DNA of 63,264 nt, filler included, from Pelomyxa schiedti (GCA_020536535.1; 8 parts of 8 records of this genome joined end to end with filler, not necessarily neighbours in it); one strand, 5' to 3'; shown: positions 12,164 through 26,500, counted from the first letter of the whole stretch. A program made the numbers and translations. Notes: generated by a model from the sequence alone, not told the origin.

Positions 12164-15013
12164 ATGGACTATGAGCAGATCCCACTCACATCTGTGAGTG
12201 TTCATTATACTCTTCTTTGTTGTGGAGGGGAGACTGGTGTAGCGTGTGGTTTATTTACGTGTTGTAGAGGGAGAACCTGCAAGATGACGTGATACCTCCT
12301 GGTACCATTGCAGATCCAGCACCTCCTGGCTCTCCCACTGCGACTTCAACTGGTGGACCTGTTGTTACTGCGATGGATCCGTCTATGTCACCACGACCAC
12401 GTGGTACTTTTGGAATGATGCCGTGGGTTCTACCATCCCACAAAAAAATCAAGGTTTGTGCTGCCTGTTCCCTGGAACTATGGCCACCCTTTTTTTTTTC
12501 CCCTGAGATTACAAAGAGGAATTTATATCTTTCTGTGTTGTTTTGTGCAGAAAGTGCGATCGGACAGATCATGGCTTTTGGCTGTTGGGAACATTGGCTG
12601 GGTCATAGTCTTTGGATGGTGGTTGGCTGGAGTGTTCCTTCTCGCTGGATGTTTGGTCAGTCTATCAATAGTTGGAGTGCCATACGGACTGTTTTGCTTT
12701 AGGTCGGAACTATTTTAATTGTATTTCTCTGAGATAATTATTAGGTTTGCCCGATTCCTACTATGGCCTTTCAACCTTTTCTTTGTTGTTCCGTTGGACT
12801 CTTTTACTGCCCCTGAGGAAGAACTGCCCCTTAAAGCCTCGATAGTACTTATTATTTGTTCAGGGGTACATTTCTAAAATGACTTCAGAAATCCACTTTT
12901 TCCCGGGTCACCATAATATTACCTAAAACTGCTCTTCACTGGTTTGGATATATATTCTACCTTATACTTGGTGCCCCTTTTATCATTTTGGCTCTGATAA
13001 TAGCACTTTGGCTCTCGTATTTTACAATAATATTCATTCCCATGGCAAAGGTTCCTTGGTTATTATATATTCTCTTCATAGACTTCTGAAAAAAGATTCT
13101 CAAAGTTCTTCTCAAGCTTTCTCCGTTTGACACTACAGTGATTTATTTTACCACTTCCCCTGGTTCTGTTCCCGAAAAAGCCAAAGTCCTAGTTACCCCA
13201 TGTGCCATCAACTTGAACTACTACTACTTCACTATTGGGGGCTTAAGTGTATTCATATTCAATTTGTTTATTTTTGTTCCTATTGCTTTTATAACTGGAT
13301 ATGTTCTAGAGTACGCATTTCCTTTTTTGTGCGCCACCATAATTTAATATTAGCCAGGGATTCTATTAACCCAATTGCAAATTTTGCACTGGGATTAATA
13401 GCAACAGTGCCTCTTGCCTTCACAATTGGCCAAGCTATTTCGTCACTCAGTGCAAAGTCTTCCTTTGCTATTGGAGCATTTTTAAATAGTATGCTCGGAA
13501 GCATAATCGAGCTTATCCTCTACACAATCTCCTTGGCGAAAGGGTTGACTGATCTAACAGCTTCTGGAGTAACGGGTATCCCAAATTATTATCTCTGCTC
13601 CTTACACTGTTTTAGGTGCGCTTCTGGGCAGTGCAATCCTCCTGCCAGCTATAAGTATGATAGTTGGAGGTATTAAGTATTCGGAATTACGATTCAATCC
13701 AATTGCTACGGCAACAAGTGGATCGCTATTACTTGTCAGCGTTGTGGGAGCACTAGTTCCAACGGTTTCCAAATTGTTGAATTTGTTTTCGAAGTTATAG
13801 TTACCCAAAAGATCTTCTATGCTGTATATGCTGATTACAACCTTGACTGCACTGAATGTGACGGAGACCTCATTTCAGGTGACGGTAGTCGAGAGCGCAC
13901 AGTCAATATGACTTGCACTGGATGCCAAATGGGGGAGGACACTGGAACTGGTAGTGCTTACCAGGAAGCGGCACTGCCGTTATCATGGCTTTGTGCCTGC
14001 CTACTCCCTCTGGCCTACCTCGTCGGTTGCATATTTGCGCTCAAGACACACTCCTGTAATTCAGTACTCTTTTTTTCTCATCTGACTTCAAAAGATATGT
14101 ACGATAAAAAATTTTTTGAGCAGAACTTTGTAAATAAGCCGGAACATGACGACAAGAATGGCGATAGGTATTCCCTTACACAGTGTAACTTTCTTGATGT
14201 TGTACCAGCAACGAGGAACAAAATACGGGAAATACCTATTGGGGTATCGTTCCCAGTATAATATGCCTTGTTGTTTGCGTTGTTCTCTTTGCAGGTTCTA
14301 GCTACCCTTCCCTTGGTCACCCTTCTCACATTCCACAGGTGTAGCGGATGTGGTTACTGCTGCCATTGAACCAATGCTACAACAGTTGGGAGTTTCAGAG
14401 GAGTTTATTGGAGTAACCTTTATTGCTATCGTTCCAAACCTTGCTGAATATGTCAATGCTTCTATGGTTTCAACAAACAATTACCTGTCAATGAAATAAT
14501 TTGATGAAAACAGTTTGCTCTGCGTGGAGACTTGGACTTGAGCTTGGAGGCACAGAGTACTTTCTAAAAATTCTAGAATAACATGCGATGCAGATTTCTG
14601 GACAAGGAGCGGTGCAAGTGTCACTCCTCCAGATTCCAATTTTGGGTAACTACCCACAACACTGCAACAGAACTAAACAGTCTCCCAGTATTTCTCAGTG
14701 CTATTCTATCCAATGGGGAGTTTACAATGATATTTTCCCGTATGCACATGGTTACAATAGTTCTTGCAGTTTTGATAAGAAACAGGCAAGTCCAACCTTC
14801 CCCCTAGCACGGTACTATCACCTAATCACGTTAACCCATAAAACCAGTACAATCTGGGACAGCCGGGCCAACTATTTCCTTGGATCCTCACTCTTGGTGG
14901 TCTGGATCATCCTTGTTGCAGCCTACTGGTTCGTGCCAGCCGAAACCGTTGTATCTTCTGTATCATCGTCCTTCTCTTCCTTCCTCTCATCAGCCTCATT
15001 TACCCCCAAGTAA
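12164..15013 (+). CDS. Type II CAX / VNX1-like cation:H+ exchanger with YccF N-terminal region
   Basis: GNIGWVIVFGWWL..SIVGVPYG (YccF), alpha-1 repeat GAFLNSMLGSIIELI, LKTH, alpha-2 repeat FIAIVPNLAEYVNA, and ANYFLGSSLL. Confidence 0.88.
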
Positions 15014-15998
15014 CTAAAACTAAAAACACCCCACTCCGCCTTCTCAAAAACGACAAGATGAAGTCGGGGGCAATGAAAGGTTTTTCCCGGAGCTCAAAAA
15101 ACCAAACATTGATTTCATCCCCCGGGACCCCGATTCGCATCAAAGTGGTGCTGGTCACACTCCTGATTTGGAGTGGTCCACAATAGTTAGTTCCAAACAG
15201 AGCAACTCTCCGGAAAACAGTTTGAAGCGCCGAATGTTTTCCCGGGTTTTTAAGGAAAAAGGGTCCTAACATACTACTTTTTAATTTAATTTAAACTTCC
15301 AACTCCAACCAACCACAACAAACAAAAACAAACAAACCACAAAGCAATAACAAGAAATGCACGCCTTCTACCCAAGCATGTACGACGACAACAATAATGA
15401 CGACAACAACAACGACAACAAGGCACAGTGCTGTGCCCCAAAGCTGGGACCCCAACACAAGAGCCCAAAACTACCTCCTGCTCTGGATCTAGATCTCGAC
15501 GCAGCCGAGCCTCTGTGCTGTCCTCAATCTTGCAACAAGGACACGCTGCTGGCCTCGTGCGCGCTCTTCGCCCTAAGTGCAAGCGCCACGAAGAAAACTC
15601 CATCCGTGGCGAGCCTGGCCGATTTTTTCGCTCCACTGTCGGCAGGGCTTATGCCACAAAAACTAGATTGTGGTGCACAAAACTCGAGAAAGCAAGGACA
15701 AGGACATATCCACAAGGGGGGTCAGTGAATTTTTTGAGCTCACAACAACCCCACCGGCAAGGCAAACAAATTCACAACGAGATGTTGTATCACTACTACC
15801 ATAACTTTGACAATTTTGGTTGGTTTTGGAAAAATCAAAACAAATCACCTAGGCAATTAATTTTGTGCAACTGTTTTTACAGTTTTTCTTCTTCTTTTCT
15901 TGATCTGGTGGTGGTTTTAGTGTTGGAGTCGCGGTTAAGTTGTTGGCAAAAAAACCCAGAGAGGAACTGCCACTTCACCACATACAAATTTTTTAAAA

Positions 15999-18731
15999 AT
16001 GCAAGAGGTGGCGCTGCAGAATCTGCGTCGCAAGTTTCCCGACATTTCTCAGTCGATATTGCACGATGCATTGGTGGCAAATAACAACAACTACGATGGT
16101 AAAGGCGTTGTCACATCGCTGCACTTTTTTTTTTCTTTTGCGAGTGGGTGCATTCCGTGTCTCGCATTGTTGTTTTGTAACTTAGAGTATTCTTGCACAG
16201 CTACTGTTGCTGCATTTTCTAGTCCAGTGGAGGAGGAACGCCAATTGAACCAATTGTCGGAGGATGAAAAAGTGCGTACTGTAATTTTTCTTGTTGGGTT
16301 TGGTCGGTGCAGTCACACAACTAATGAGTGCTATCATGTGACATATGGCTTCATTGAAACCTTCACTCGCTTGCTTAACTTTAAAACGAAACACAAATAT
16401 CCACTTAGGTGGCTAAGCTTCAGGAGTTTTGCTCCAATCCACGTTGGATGATCATAGAGGCCTTACGCAAGTGCAATGGAAATATGGACCAAGCAAGTGG
16501 CCTGCTTCTTGGCCAGTCATCAGCCCCTCCATCCGTTCATAACCAAATTCCAAATTATAACCAGAACCAAACTCAGCCTCATTCACAAAATACACCATCA
16601 GTTGAACACAAATTAGCACCTCCTCTAACACAACAACCTCAACCTTCTTCCCATTCTCGCACTGTCATTCCCCCTGCACAACCTGTGACACCTGCGTTTG
16701 TGGCACTTCCTTCAACACTGTACTCTGGTGGGACTGGGGAGTCTACTGAGATAGCCAATTTGAAGGAAATGAGGTTTTACCTTCCAATGTGGGCAAGTAT
16801 GTGTTGCTGAGTCACTGAACGCAGGGACTTACTGGTGAAGCGTGTAACAATACAGAAGTCACAGATTATAGAAATGGAAAAGATTGTGTGTTACTCCAGA
16901 TGTTCATTACTCTCTTCTCAAATCGATTAGAGGCAATCGCAATTGCCTGCAGCCACACAGAAGCCAGACTTGGTTCCCTCTAGCCAAGCACACACCGTAG
17001 ATGCCTCTGGGGTTCACCTTCCCCCACCGTATTCCAGTGTTTTTTCATGATCAACGATGACTAAGATCCAGAACGGAGTCTTTTCTCGATTTGCAAAGGC
17101 AGATAAATGAATACCGTGACCAAGAAGCAGCCCTGCAGGCTGAACTTGAACAACTGAAACAGCACCTACAAGGAGTGAATAATGAGTGCGCCCTTTGAAT
17201 ATTATATTGCTCCAGTTGACACTCCTTAGCCCGGAAGTGGATGAGGACGCAGGAGCAATGCAAGTGTTGCCTTCACAGTTTGCTGTATTCCCCGCTACTT
17301 AGGTTTCTAATGACATGCAAGATCCAACTTCGAGGCTTATCGCAAAGTCATAGAATCGAACACTACTGCGCGAACTGCAACAACTCCCCCTACAAGTCCA
17401 ACAACCATTGCGTCGGATACAAGTCCAAGCTCAGCTCCAAGCGCCACAGAAACTGTTGTGACACCATCAGCATCAGGGATTTTCCAAACACCGGAAGTTC
17501 CTAATCTTGCAGATACTATGCTCAGGCTGAATGTGTCTTCTTTCACACCTGTCCAAGCTGAACCCTCTGTGCAGCTTGAGGCTTTAGTCAGTTCCCAATT
17601 CAACATTTCCGTTCTTACATTAGCTACAGGCAGAGGGAAGTTCTGTCAAATGTAGTTGGAACTGCTCTCTATCATGCTATATTCCTAATAAGAAAGACTG
17701 GATAGACTTATTCATCCACAATAGAGAAAAATCCCGCACAATGTCTTCCCCTACAGGTATTTTTGAACAAGGGGATGGGGGAAATACAACAGTTAACAAC
17801 ACCCACAGGTGGTGCTCCAAATGGAGAGCATAGCTTCATGAACTTGCCTGTACATTCACTCTGTTGTTCTTTGACATATTTCATACGACATACAGGATGG
17901 CTATTACGATGTTCGTTACTTCATGGCAGACGGTACACGTATCGCCAAATCCGATGCTGTGTTAGTGGGATCTCCTGTACCCCTCACTGCTCAATTTCAG
18001 GACGACGAAACGGCACAATGGATAGTCGTCACATGGCAAGTACCAACAGAGCCTGTTGCCACCTCACCAAATGACTGGATTGGACTCTACGAGTTAGTGC
18101 GTTTTCATAGATAAACCACCTTTTCCTTATAACCGCATAGGGCCAAATGAGCAATAGGCAATTCAAGCAAAAATTGTTTTGCCGTAGCAACCCCCTCACT
18201 TTCCCAGCTCCACGGGATACAAAGAAGCGGTATGAACTACGTTATTTCAAAGCAAATTCAGGTGTCGCTTTCAGCGGAAGAAGCGAGCCTCTCACCATAC
18301 CCAATAGAGATTCACTACTAGTAACTCCAAAGTATTAATACCACTCACAACAACGCTCTTATAGCACTTAGTTATGACTGCACTGTCGTTGACGTCAAAT
18401 GGATCTTCCATGAACTGGACCCTTCCACAAGTGACTGGATAGGATTATTTGAATTTGGGGCAGATAACAAGCAGTACCTGTGCTATGAGTACTGCACCAG
18501 GAGCAACCCAGCACACGAAAGCGGCACATTGCGATTCAACACTGGAATCATCAACAACAAACAGGTTGGTTTCACCACTTTACAACTTAACTTGCTCAAA
18601 CAACATAAAACCCATTGTCACACTAACACCCCAAATAGCTGCCTGTTGGTGAGTATGAGTTCCGCTTTTTCTCAGGCAATGGAGGTAAATACGAAGCACG
18701 AATGATAGCACCATTTACCAAGACTGTTTAA
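15999..18731 (+). CDS. CUE/UBA-like domains, coiled coil and two SKICH-like domains
   Basis: LRRKFPDISQSILHDALVANNNNYD (CUE-like), IIEALRKCNGNMDQASGLL (UBA/CUE-like), and twice V.W..P...DWIGL(Y/F)E followed by YELRYF or YEFRFF (SKICH-like). Confidence 0.65.
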
Positions 18732-19131
18732 AACAATAGTCATGTATAGTAGAACCCTGTAGCCAACTCACAACCTCTGGTTACAAACCCAATTAAAATT
18801 GATCAAAAAAGCCTTTGCCGCGAAAATGCCGTTTCTTCCGTTACTTTTTTTTGTAATTAAAAAACGGCGGCACAAGAGGGCACCAACGGCCGGAGCGAAA
18901 ATGGATCTCACAGTGGGGGTGAGTGTAAGATCCAGACGTTAGTGAAGATGTGTGCTACCAAATTGGCTGTGTTACTGATGGACAAGCGGGGGGCCCGTAA
19001 CCCTATAGCCCGCAAAGTGGCGGTCTCAATCAGGGTTAGATTTGACCGTTTTCGGAGTTGGTTTTTGTTTTTTTTTCCCCTCCTTCGTGACAAAGAAACT
19101 GACAAAACCCAAGAGGTGTCCTGAAGAAGTT

Positions 19132-21011
19132 ATGAGAGAAATTATGAATGCTCTTGTTGAGAGGAAGACAGCTTTTCCTTACCTCTCATTTCCTTCTTTG
19201 GGATCATTTTCAGTTTGTTTTCCACAGTTGTACTGCTTTCACACGACTTATGTTGCGAAAGAAATCCGTACGTTGTCTATTTGAGCTGGAGTTTGCTCGC
19301 ATTCACTCCTTGACATTGGCGTTTTGGAAATACTTTCCTGTAGATGCTGAAGGTATTCTCTCTGTTCTTTTCTTTATTTTAAATTTTCCTCAGCGGTCAA
19401 GGAAGCAGTCTTTGATCAAGTTTCACTCAATTTACAGGAGGTTGAACGAGTGGCACTTGTCGTGCTGACATTCCTTATATAGTTTTCACGCCCATCTTGT
19501 GCCCACCAGAAATTGTCCCACCAAATAATGCTAAACACTCCAAAAATACTCGGGGTGGCTCTTAAAGGACTACCAAGATTTGACAAACTAGGAGGATGGC
19601 AAGTTGCGGGTTTCAACAGCATATTGTTCTTACATAGAGCCTACTATGAGTCAGCAGATCCGGATAGTGATGATTGGAAACTAATCACCGATGTTCGGCC
19701 CATTGACTCTTATGGCTTTCCCAATCCTTTCAGGAACTGGGAGAGCTCTATTGCACTCTTCTCGATATCATCGAACCTAGTGCAATAGGACGAATCTTTC
19801 AAGATTTCTTGGCAAATTCTCTGGAATCAGAATTTCTGCAAAACACGAATTCCCATATCATGCCTATTGCAGAAAAATTTGTTGCAAAAGGAAAGCGTCA
19901 AGTATGTTTGAGAGCCAACATAATGAGTACTGAGAGGAAAAAGATTAGTTTTGAGTTTACCATGAAATCAGAAAGACTGATGAACGAAATGGGCATTTCC
20001 AGACTCGCGTCCGAGTCATGGCACAAAGTGGGGCAGGCAGCAAAGGTTTTGTGAAGGCTAGTTACTCCCACCAAATAAAATTCACAGTTCTCCACTGATT
20101 TAAACGTTGCCATTTTCTCTTTGGGCTCGTGGACAATACCACCTTCCAAGTTTGTACTCAGACTTCCACAATTCCTGGAGGATGCGTGGGCGGACTTCAG
20201 TGAGTTCTTTACTAGAGAACGAGGGTCCTCAGACCTCAGGAGGTTGAACCAGGGATCCGCAACTGTTCTCTTCACACACCCGACCGAAGGATTTCAAAGG
20301 GAGATTTTTCTCTCAACAATCGTATCTGACATGAACAGTACTTTCCATTTCCAACCTTCATCAAGGGGATGGCTGCACTTCTTGCATTCAATCACGTGAA
20401 TTCAATTTCACTGAGTGGACTTGCGTCTTTTTGTGGAGCCTCAATAAATGATTCCGAGTTCACACATGAAGTGCATCGGCTAGTTTACTACCAAGTTCTC
20501 AGACGAGAAAAATCACAATCAAGGTAAGTTTTGGCACAGATGTACTTCTTCATCTGAGACTTGCTGCACACAACCCTCCCGTACCAAACAGAGACTTTGA
20601 GCCAGACGAAAAACTTGAAGTCGGGAATATGACTCGGTGCAGTTCAAGTTTGTTCAGAAAAGTTGCTCCACGGTTGGCACCCTTCCTAATTAAATAATCT
20701 CACCCAAATCCAGGTACTGTCACAGTTGTGGAAGGGAACTTGTGCGTGGCCACGCCTGTTATGAGGAAACCGGTGTACCGGCTTACTACAAATGTACTAT
20801 TGTCAAGGTTCTCAAACTACATACTACAGACACCCCAGGAACAACACCTGGAGTTTCCTTGGATGCCCTCTTCGAGGAAGTCCAAACCACAACACAATTC
20901 CTCACCAAACAGCCCTTGCCCAGAGGGCTATTTGACTCTACCATCGCACAATTGGAAGGCTTGGGGTTTTTATCCACAACAGGATCGATTGTACACTACA
21001 AGCACACATAA
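19132..21011 (+). CDS. Divergent, short cullin-like protein
   Basis: LNVAIFSLGSWTIP..LPQFLEDAWADFSEFF..RRL resembles the cullin homology domain; C-terminal IVKVLK..LFEEV..FDSTIAQLEGLGFL..VHY resembles the cullin WHB domain. Start uncertain. Confidence 0.55.
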
Positions 21012-21075
21012 GTGCATGATAAAAGAAGAACACATTAGTCAAAAATTTTTCTTTTCTACAAAATGGCATACTATT

Positions 21076-23455
21076 CTACATAAATTTTCTCACAACCCGC
21101 ACGCCTTCCTCCTCGTACTCTTTTCTCAGCACAACTTTGTCGTGGAAACTCGACATTGCACCAAGGACGGAGCCTCCTAAATGGTTGTTTATTGAAAAAG
21201 GAATTGGGATTGTTTCCAACCTCGCCAAGAAGAAAAAGCATCAGGAGCAGGCACCACAGAGGGTAGTTCAGTCGGTGCTAGTTTAGACACCTCTGCCTTC
21301 AGTCTGGCGTCCAAATGCGGAAACAAGGAGTTGCCACCAGAAAGCACTATATTCCTATAGAGGTCTCTTCCTGGGAAGGGGTAAGTGTGGGGCCAAGATT
21401 AAGGCAGTGGGAGGAGGGTACTGAATTCATGGCTGCAGTCTTGTATTGCAAAGTGAACCATGTTATGAATCCCAAAGGAGAGAGTGCAAGAAAGAACCCT
21501 GGGGAAAAATAAAGCTTCCGGGACCTGGTATTTGGCACTGCTAACACGTATGGCTTTCGAGTCAGGAAGGTGAAAGATGTCCTCTGCTGTGTCAGAAGTT
21601 GAAGTGGTGGGTAGGTCTGGTAAACAGCAGAGTCTTTCTTTGGCTTCATTAATTGCCACCATGTTTTCTTGAGTTCTTGAGAAATTATTTCTTTGCAGTA
21701 ACAGCTTCTGGAAGTACTCAGTCAAGTCATTTCCACCGAGTTCCAAACGTTTCACAGCATGGCCTTGAATCTTTCCTAGGAAGAATGAGCAGGATCCAGA
21801 GGAACAAACATGTTTGATACCGTTAAACATGGGTACAATAAACGTAACCCCATAACCACTTTCTACAGCAACTCCACTCTGCTTTCCCATAGCTAGCAGA
21901 GATAAGGCACCTTGTGACTCAATTGCCAAACCAGCAATGCCATGTTTCTCGAACATCTCTGTGACAATTCGGTCCCGCTTCTTGTTCATAGGACTATCTG
22001 CTAGAAGCACACGCTTTTCACTTGGATCAATCTTCAACTCCTGGAAACTGTGCTCTAAAAGCGAGTTCATTCTCTCTGTGTCAAATATGTCACCTCGATA
22101 AATTGTGGGTCCAACTTCAACTAGTGCCAAACTTAAGAGAGTCACAGAAATTGAGGGGCCATACCATTGCTAAAAGAGGAAATAGGGAATTGCACCTCGG
22201 GGCAAAATCTATCATGTCCTGCATGGCCAACCTTGAATGCGCCAGATCCAGGGTCAACGACAATAACAGAGTTGGCAATAGGGGGACGGAAGAAACTGGA
22301 GGCCGAGCCGAGGCTCCTGGCATTCCGGTGATATGCGGATGCGGAAGACTGAGTATGAAGTTGCAGGCTAGAGTGAACATGCAGAGGCTGTTGAGCTGTT
22401 ATGCTTTCGTGATGTTCAGGTCGTTCTGGTGCGACTTGTTGTGAAGGCATGCTCCGTAAGGGAATTAAAGGTAGAGCCTCCTTAAGTGGCGGGCTTATGG
22501 GTGATTTCGGAGGCGTTTGTGTTTGTGTTGTTGGGGTCAGTTGTGAGGTCTGTGGTACTGTATTTGAATTTGAAGCAGTGCTTCCGAGAGAATTAGATAA
22601 AAACTGATGGGAGGAGTCTGAGGCAAGTAGAAGCGGGTTTCTTGCAGGTTGCTGCTTTCGGCGAGGTGCCTTGGATTGGTAAATCGGGGTTGTTTGAGCT
22701 CGTTGTTGAAGTGAGAGTGAGTTTGTAGGTGATGTTTGTGGGGATGTATATACAGATGTCCCATACGGAGATCGAGGAGGTGCGACTACAGTATTGATCA
22801 CAGGACTGGCCACAGGACTGTTTGTGAGTTGGGTACAATTTTCTAAGTGTGGGGGATTGTTCAAGTGCGGCGGGCACTGGTTGTTGCGCATCGGGGGATG
22901 TTCTGAATTGTGGGAACTGCCACTCCCATAATCGCAATCGCGCGCCGCTTCCACAGACCGTGGCGTGCCCGTAGCCTTCTCCTCCTTGCAGCTTTCCACG
23001 AAATCTCTCACGACGCAGCTCTCCGGAGGCGCAGGCGCCGCCGCCGAGGCCCGCCCCAACTTGGCCGCGCCCTCGCCCTCGTCCTCGTCCTTGCCATCGT
23101 GTTCATTGCTGAGGAGCCAGTGGCTCAGGTCCTTTTTTTCGAATCCCAAGGGCGGAATTCGAGATGAGCCGGGGAATGCGCGAGGTCGTTTTGGTTGTTG
23201 TTGCTGTTGCTGTTGCTGTTGTTGCTGGCGATTTTTCTCCTCCATGATACGGGACTCTGACCAGGAGCCCCCGACCTGCTTGAGTACGTCTTGGACCTGA
23301 GCGTGGTGTCGCACGTGGCAGCAGGGGTCGGGGTCCGACAGCATTGAGTGGAATTCACGCGGCGGGACTTGAACCAGCGGCTTTGTGGTCGGGACCGGTA
23401 CTGATTCGGACATCACGTCGTCGGGCGTCCTTGTTTCTCGGCCTGGTGTAAACAT
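21076..23455 (-). CDS. Actin-related protein with about 400-aa low-complexity N-terminal extension
   Basis: IVVDPGSGAFKVGHAG, VLLADSPMN, EMFEKH, VESGYGVT, LGGNDLTEY, KERLC, PEALF, LYRNIVLSGGNSLF, WRGGSVLG, EYEEEG. Confidence 0.9.
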
Positions 23456-23580
23456 CGTGGCTGCGATATCGGCTATAAATTGCTGCGTATGCGCATCAAA
23501 TTGGAATGGTTTTTTGCGAAATTGCTTGTAACAAGTGCCAGTAGATGTTCGACTTTGCTATTTAATTTTCTTTGCAGGTG

Positions 23581-26500
23581 ATGGGGCTGACTGGATCTCA
23601 GATGAGAAGGGAGCCCGGGTCTTATACCTCCGAACAACATGCCGCTGGTCGCGGGACTGCTATGTCGTCATTTCCGGGGGAAGATCTTGGCGTCAGCGCG
23701 CCCGCCGCTGTCTCCTCCCGAAGTTCGCTTTCTGTTGATGGTCCAATGGTACCTCTTCGGGACGAGTTGGAATACGTTTTTGGCGTTGAGCGATCTGAGC
23801 GCGTTGCTGATGTGATAGAGCGAATTACGGGCCGATTTCCCATCCCAGAAAACCAACCTTCAGGCTGTTGTGACCTCTTGCGCTCTATGTTGCGAGAGGG
23901 CGAAGGCTCAGTGAAACCTCCTTCGCAAGTGTCAATCCCCTCACCATCTTTGGTTGCGCAGACTACATCCGACCTGCCTAAACTGGACAATAAATGTGAA
24001 CTTTCGTGCTTCTCTGAGACTCCAGAGAACCCTTGGGAAGCGTTCTTTCCTGAAGGGTGCGCTGGGTTGCTGTTACAAAAACTTGGTTTGCTTTCTGTGG
24101 TTATCACTCTTAGAAACTGATTTGTTCACCAAGTGACCAACGAGCCAAAGACACATAATTTACGGAAGTTCTTTGTTCACCTTACGTTTGTTTTACGAGT
24201 TGTACACTCCAGCGACTCTGCAGTATTTACCAATTCTATTCTCCACGAATTAAAAGAGAATTGCAAGATTTTGAGTGAGCTACGGAATGGATTGCTTGTG
24301 GCCCGTATTTTATCGTTAATATTAATTGAATCCCATGGCAGTCCAAATGAACTAATGGCTCTTTCCCAAGGTGAAATCCTCCACCCAATGCTTTCTTTCT
24401 TTCTTCTGCCTCTTTTTTCCTTAGTTGTCTTACTCTATACTCTGAGACGTGCAGGCTTCCTGCACAATGGATGAATTTATCAGGGTACTGGGCATTTTTT
24501 GCTCGAACTTCGATTGCAATTCTTGGATGTTGTTGTCTACCTCTGGGCGCATTTACTAATCTGAAACGATAGAAACGATACGACAGAATCTTCCCCGTTA
24601 CATACACTTTCTATTTCATTTCAAATTGAGGCATACTTGCTCTTGGTTGTGCTACTTGCACCTCAGATGTGTCATCTTCACCCAGGAGCTGACCACTGCA
24701 AAGTGGTGAGAGCAATAGAAGTTCATGGAGGGGAGGAACTCTTATCTCGGCTGGTTTGTACACTGCTGAGAAATTATACTGTGCTGAAGAAATATCACGC
24801 ATCATCTGGGCCTGCTACAGGAATTGTTCCAACCATAGTTTCTTCGATATGTCAGATCCCTCAGTTCATATAATGTGTGATTGACAAGCAATAGCCTCGA
24901 TTGTTCTTTTTCCAGTTTCTGCCTACATCTTTATTTCTCAATTTATGTATGGCAAAGAAAAAAAGATGTCCATGGCAGGTATTTATAAACTTAGTATAAT
25001 GTTGGTGTGTTGACTAATAAGCCCTCTTTTTATGAAGATCTCGCTCTTGAGCTAAGCACACTCAGCTTGCATCTTCTCCTCCTTCTAGCACATCCGTCTT
25101 CTCCTGACCAAATCGTAAATCCTGTTCGCCGTACATTAAATAGCTTGCTTGACACTTCTTCACGTGTGTGGAGTATTTTTATTCGGGATCCTTATGTAAA
25201 AATTAGCAAACATTGAAGCATCCTCCGTTCCACACCAGGCGAAAGTCGACTTTGCCAGTGTATATGATGTCATAACAATGTACATTTCTTTTTCTTTGTG
25301 GGTTCCTCACAACAATTTCTAGGGACAGTGTTATGAAAGAAGAGACAGTGCTATTGCTCTATTTCTTGCTTCAAGGCAATCCACACTTCCAACACTATGT
25401 ACTTTCTAGGACAGATCCGGATCAATTGGTTTGCTTCATCCACCATCACTTTGGAGTAACAAGAGTTGAAGTTGCTACCTTTGATGCAAACATTGTGTGC
25501 CTCAAAGGAAGACAAATCACAGCACAGTTATATCATACTCACAGTGTTGTTAATACTAAGCAGTGATGTGACGTGGAATAGTACCTTACACCAAATTGTA
25601 TTGTAACTGTCAATTCTTGGGTGATCCTAACATGAACAGCCCGTAATTCATGTTGAATGGTTCAAAGATCAATACCTAACAAATATGACACTTGGGGGAC
25701 TTCTTGTTGTCGTTCTAGTGCGAACAGTACATATCAATTTACGGCGATTGAGAGATTTGTATTTGCACACAAACTGTTTGGCCACCCTAGCAAATATGGC
25801 GCCACATTTCTCCTCTCTCCCCTCTTACGCTGCAAGCCGGCTTGTTCGACTTGTTGAATTAATTGTCATCAAGTGTGCCAAATTAAAGAGGTTTGCGGCG
25901 TCGAATGTTCATTTTTCGTCCATCTAATGTGCTCCCTCACTCAATCATGAAGCCTCTGTGGTGACGCTGTAAGTTTGTATGATAGGAGTATTCTTCTTTA
26001 CATTTACTCAGGGAAGCACTGTTATTGAGGGAGATGACCTCGCTCCTGCCAACCAATTCTCAACTTATACTACTCTTTTACAAAGTGTTCTTGACATCCT
26101 CACTGTTGCTCTAGCGCATGGCCTTGAACGCAACATCTACCTCATGTTAGTTAGCATTTTTCTCATGCAGTGTTAACCTATTTCTTTTTATTACAGATAT
26201 GCACTTCTCCAACAGAAGAAATTTCTTGTCGACCTGGAAGCTGAGGAGGAGTTCAAGGAAAAGGCATCTCGAATTCTACAGGTACAACCAACAGTCTGCC
26301 CAGTTGATTATTAATACAAGATAAGGTTGTTCAGTTCTTTGAAAAAGAGCTGCATGATGTGTTTACTTGCGAAGACTACACGTCTGAGTCTATCATTGAC
26401 GTTCTTCAGAGACGCGCTCCCTCTTGCACTCTTCTTCGCGGGTCTGTGGTGTGTCTTGTCTTCCCCGCTCACTTTCTAGTCCTCTCAAATAATGCCCCGT

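Noticed and set aside
22142-22185. Apparent frameshift in the actin-related gene
   Set aside because: Explained by a GTATGG..CTAG intron.
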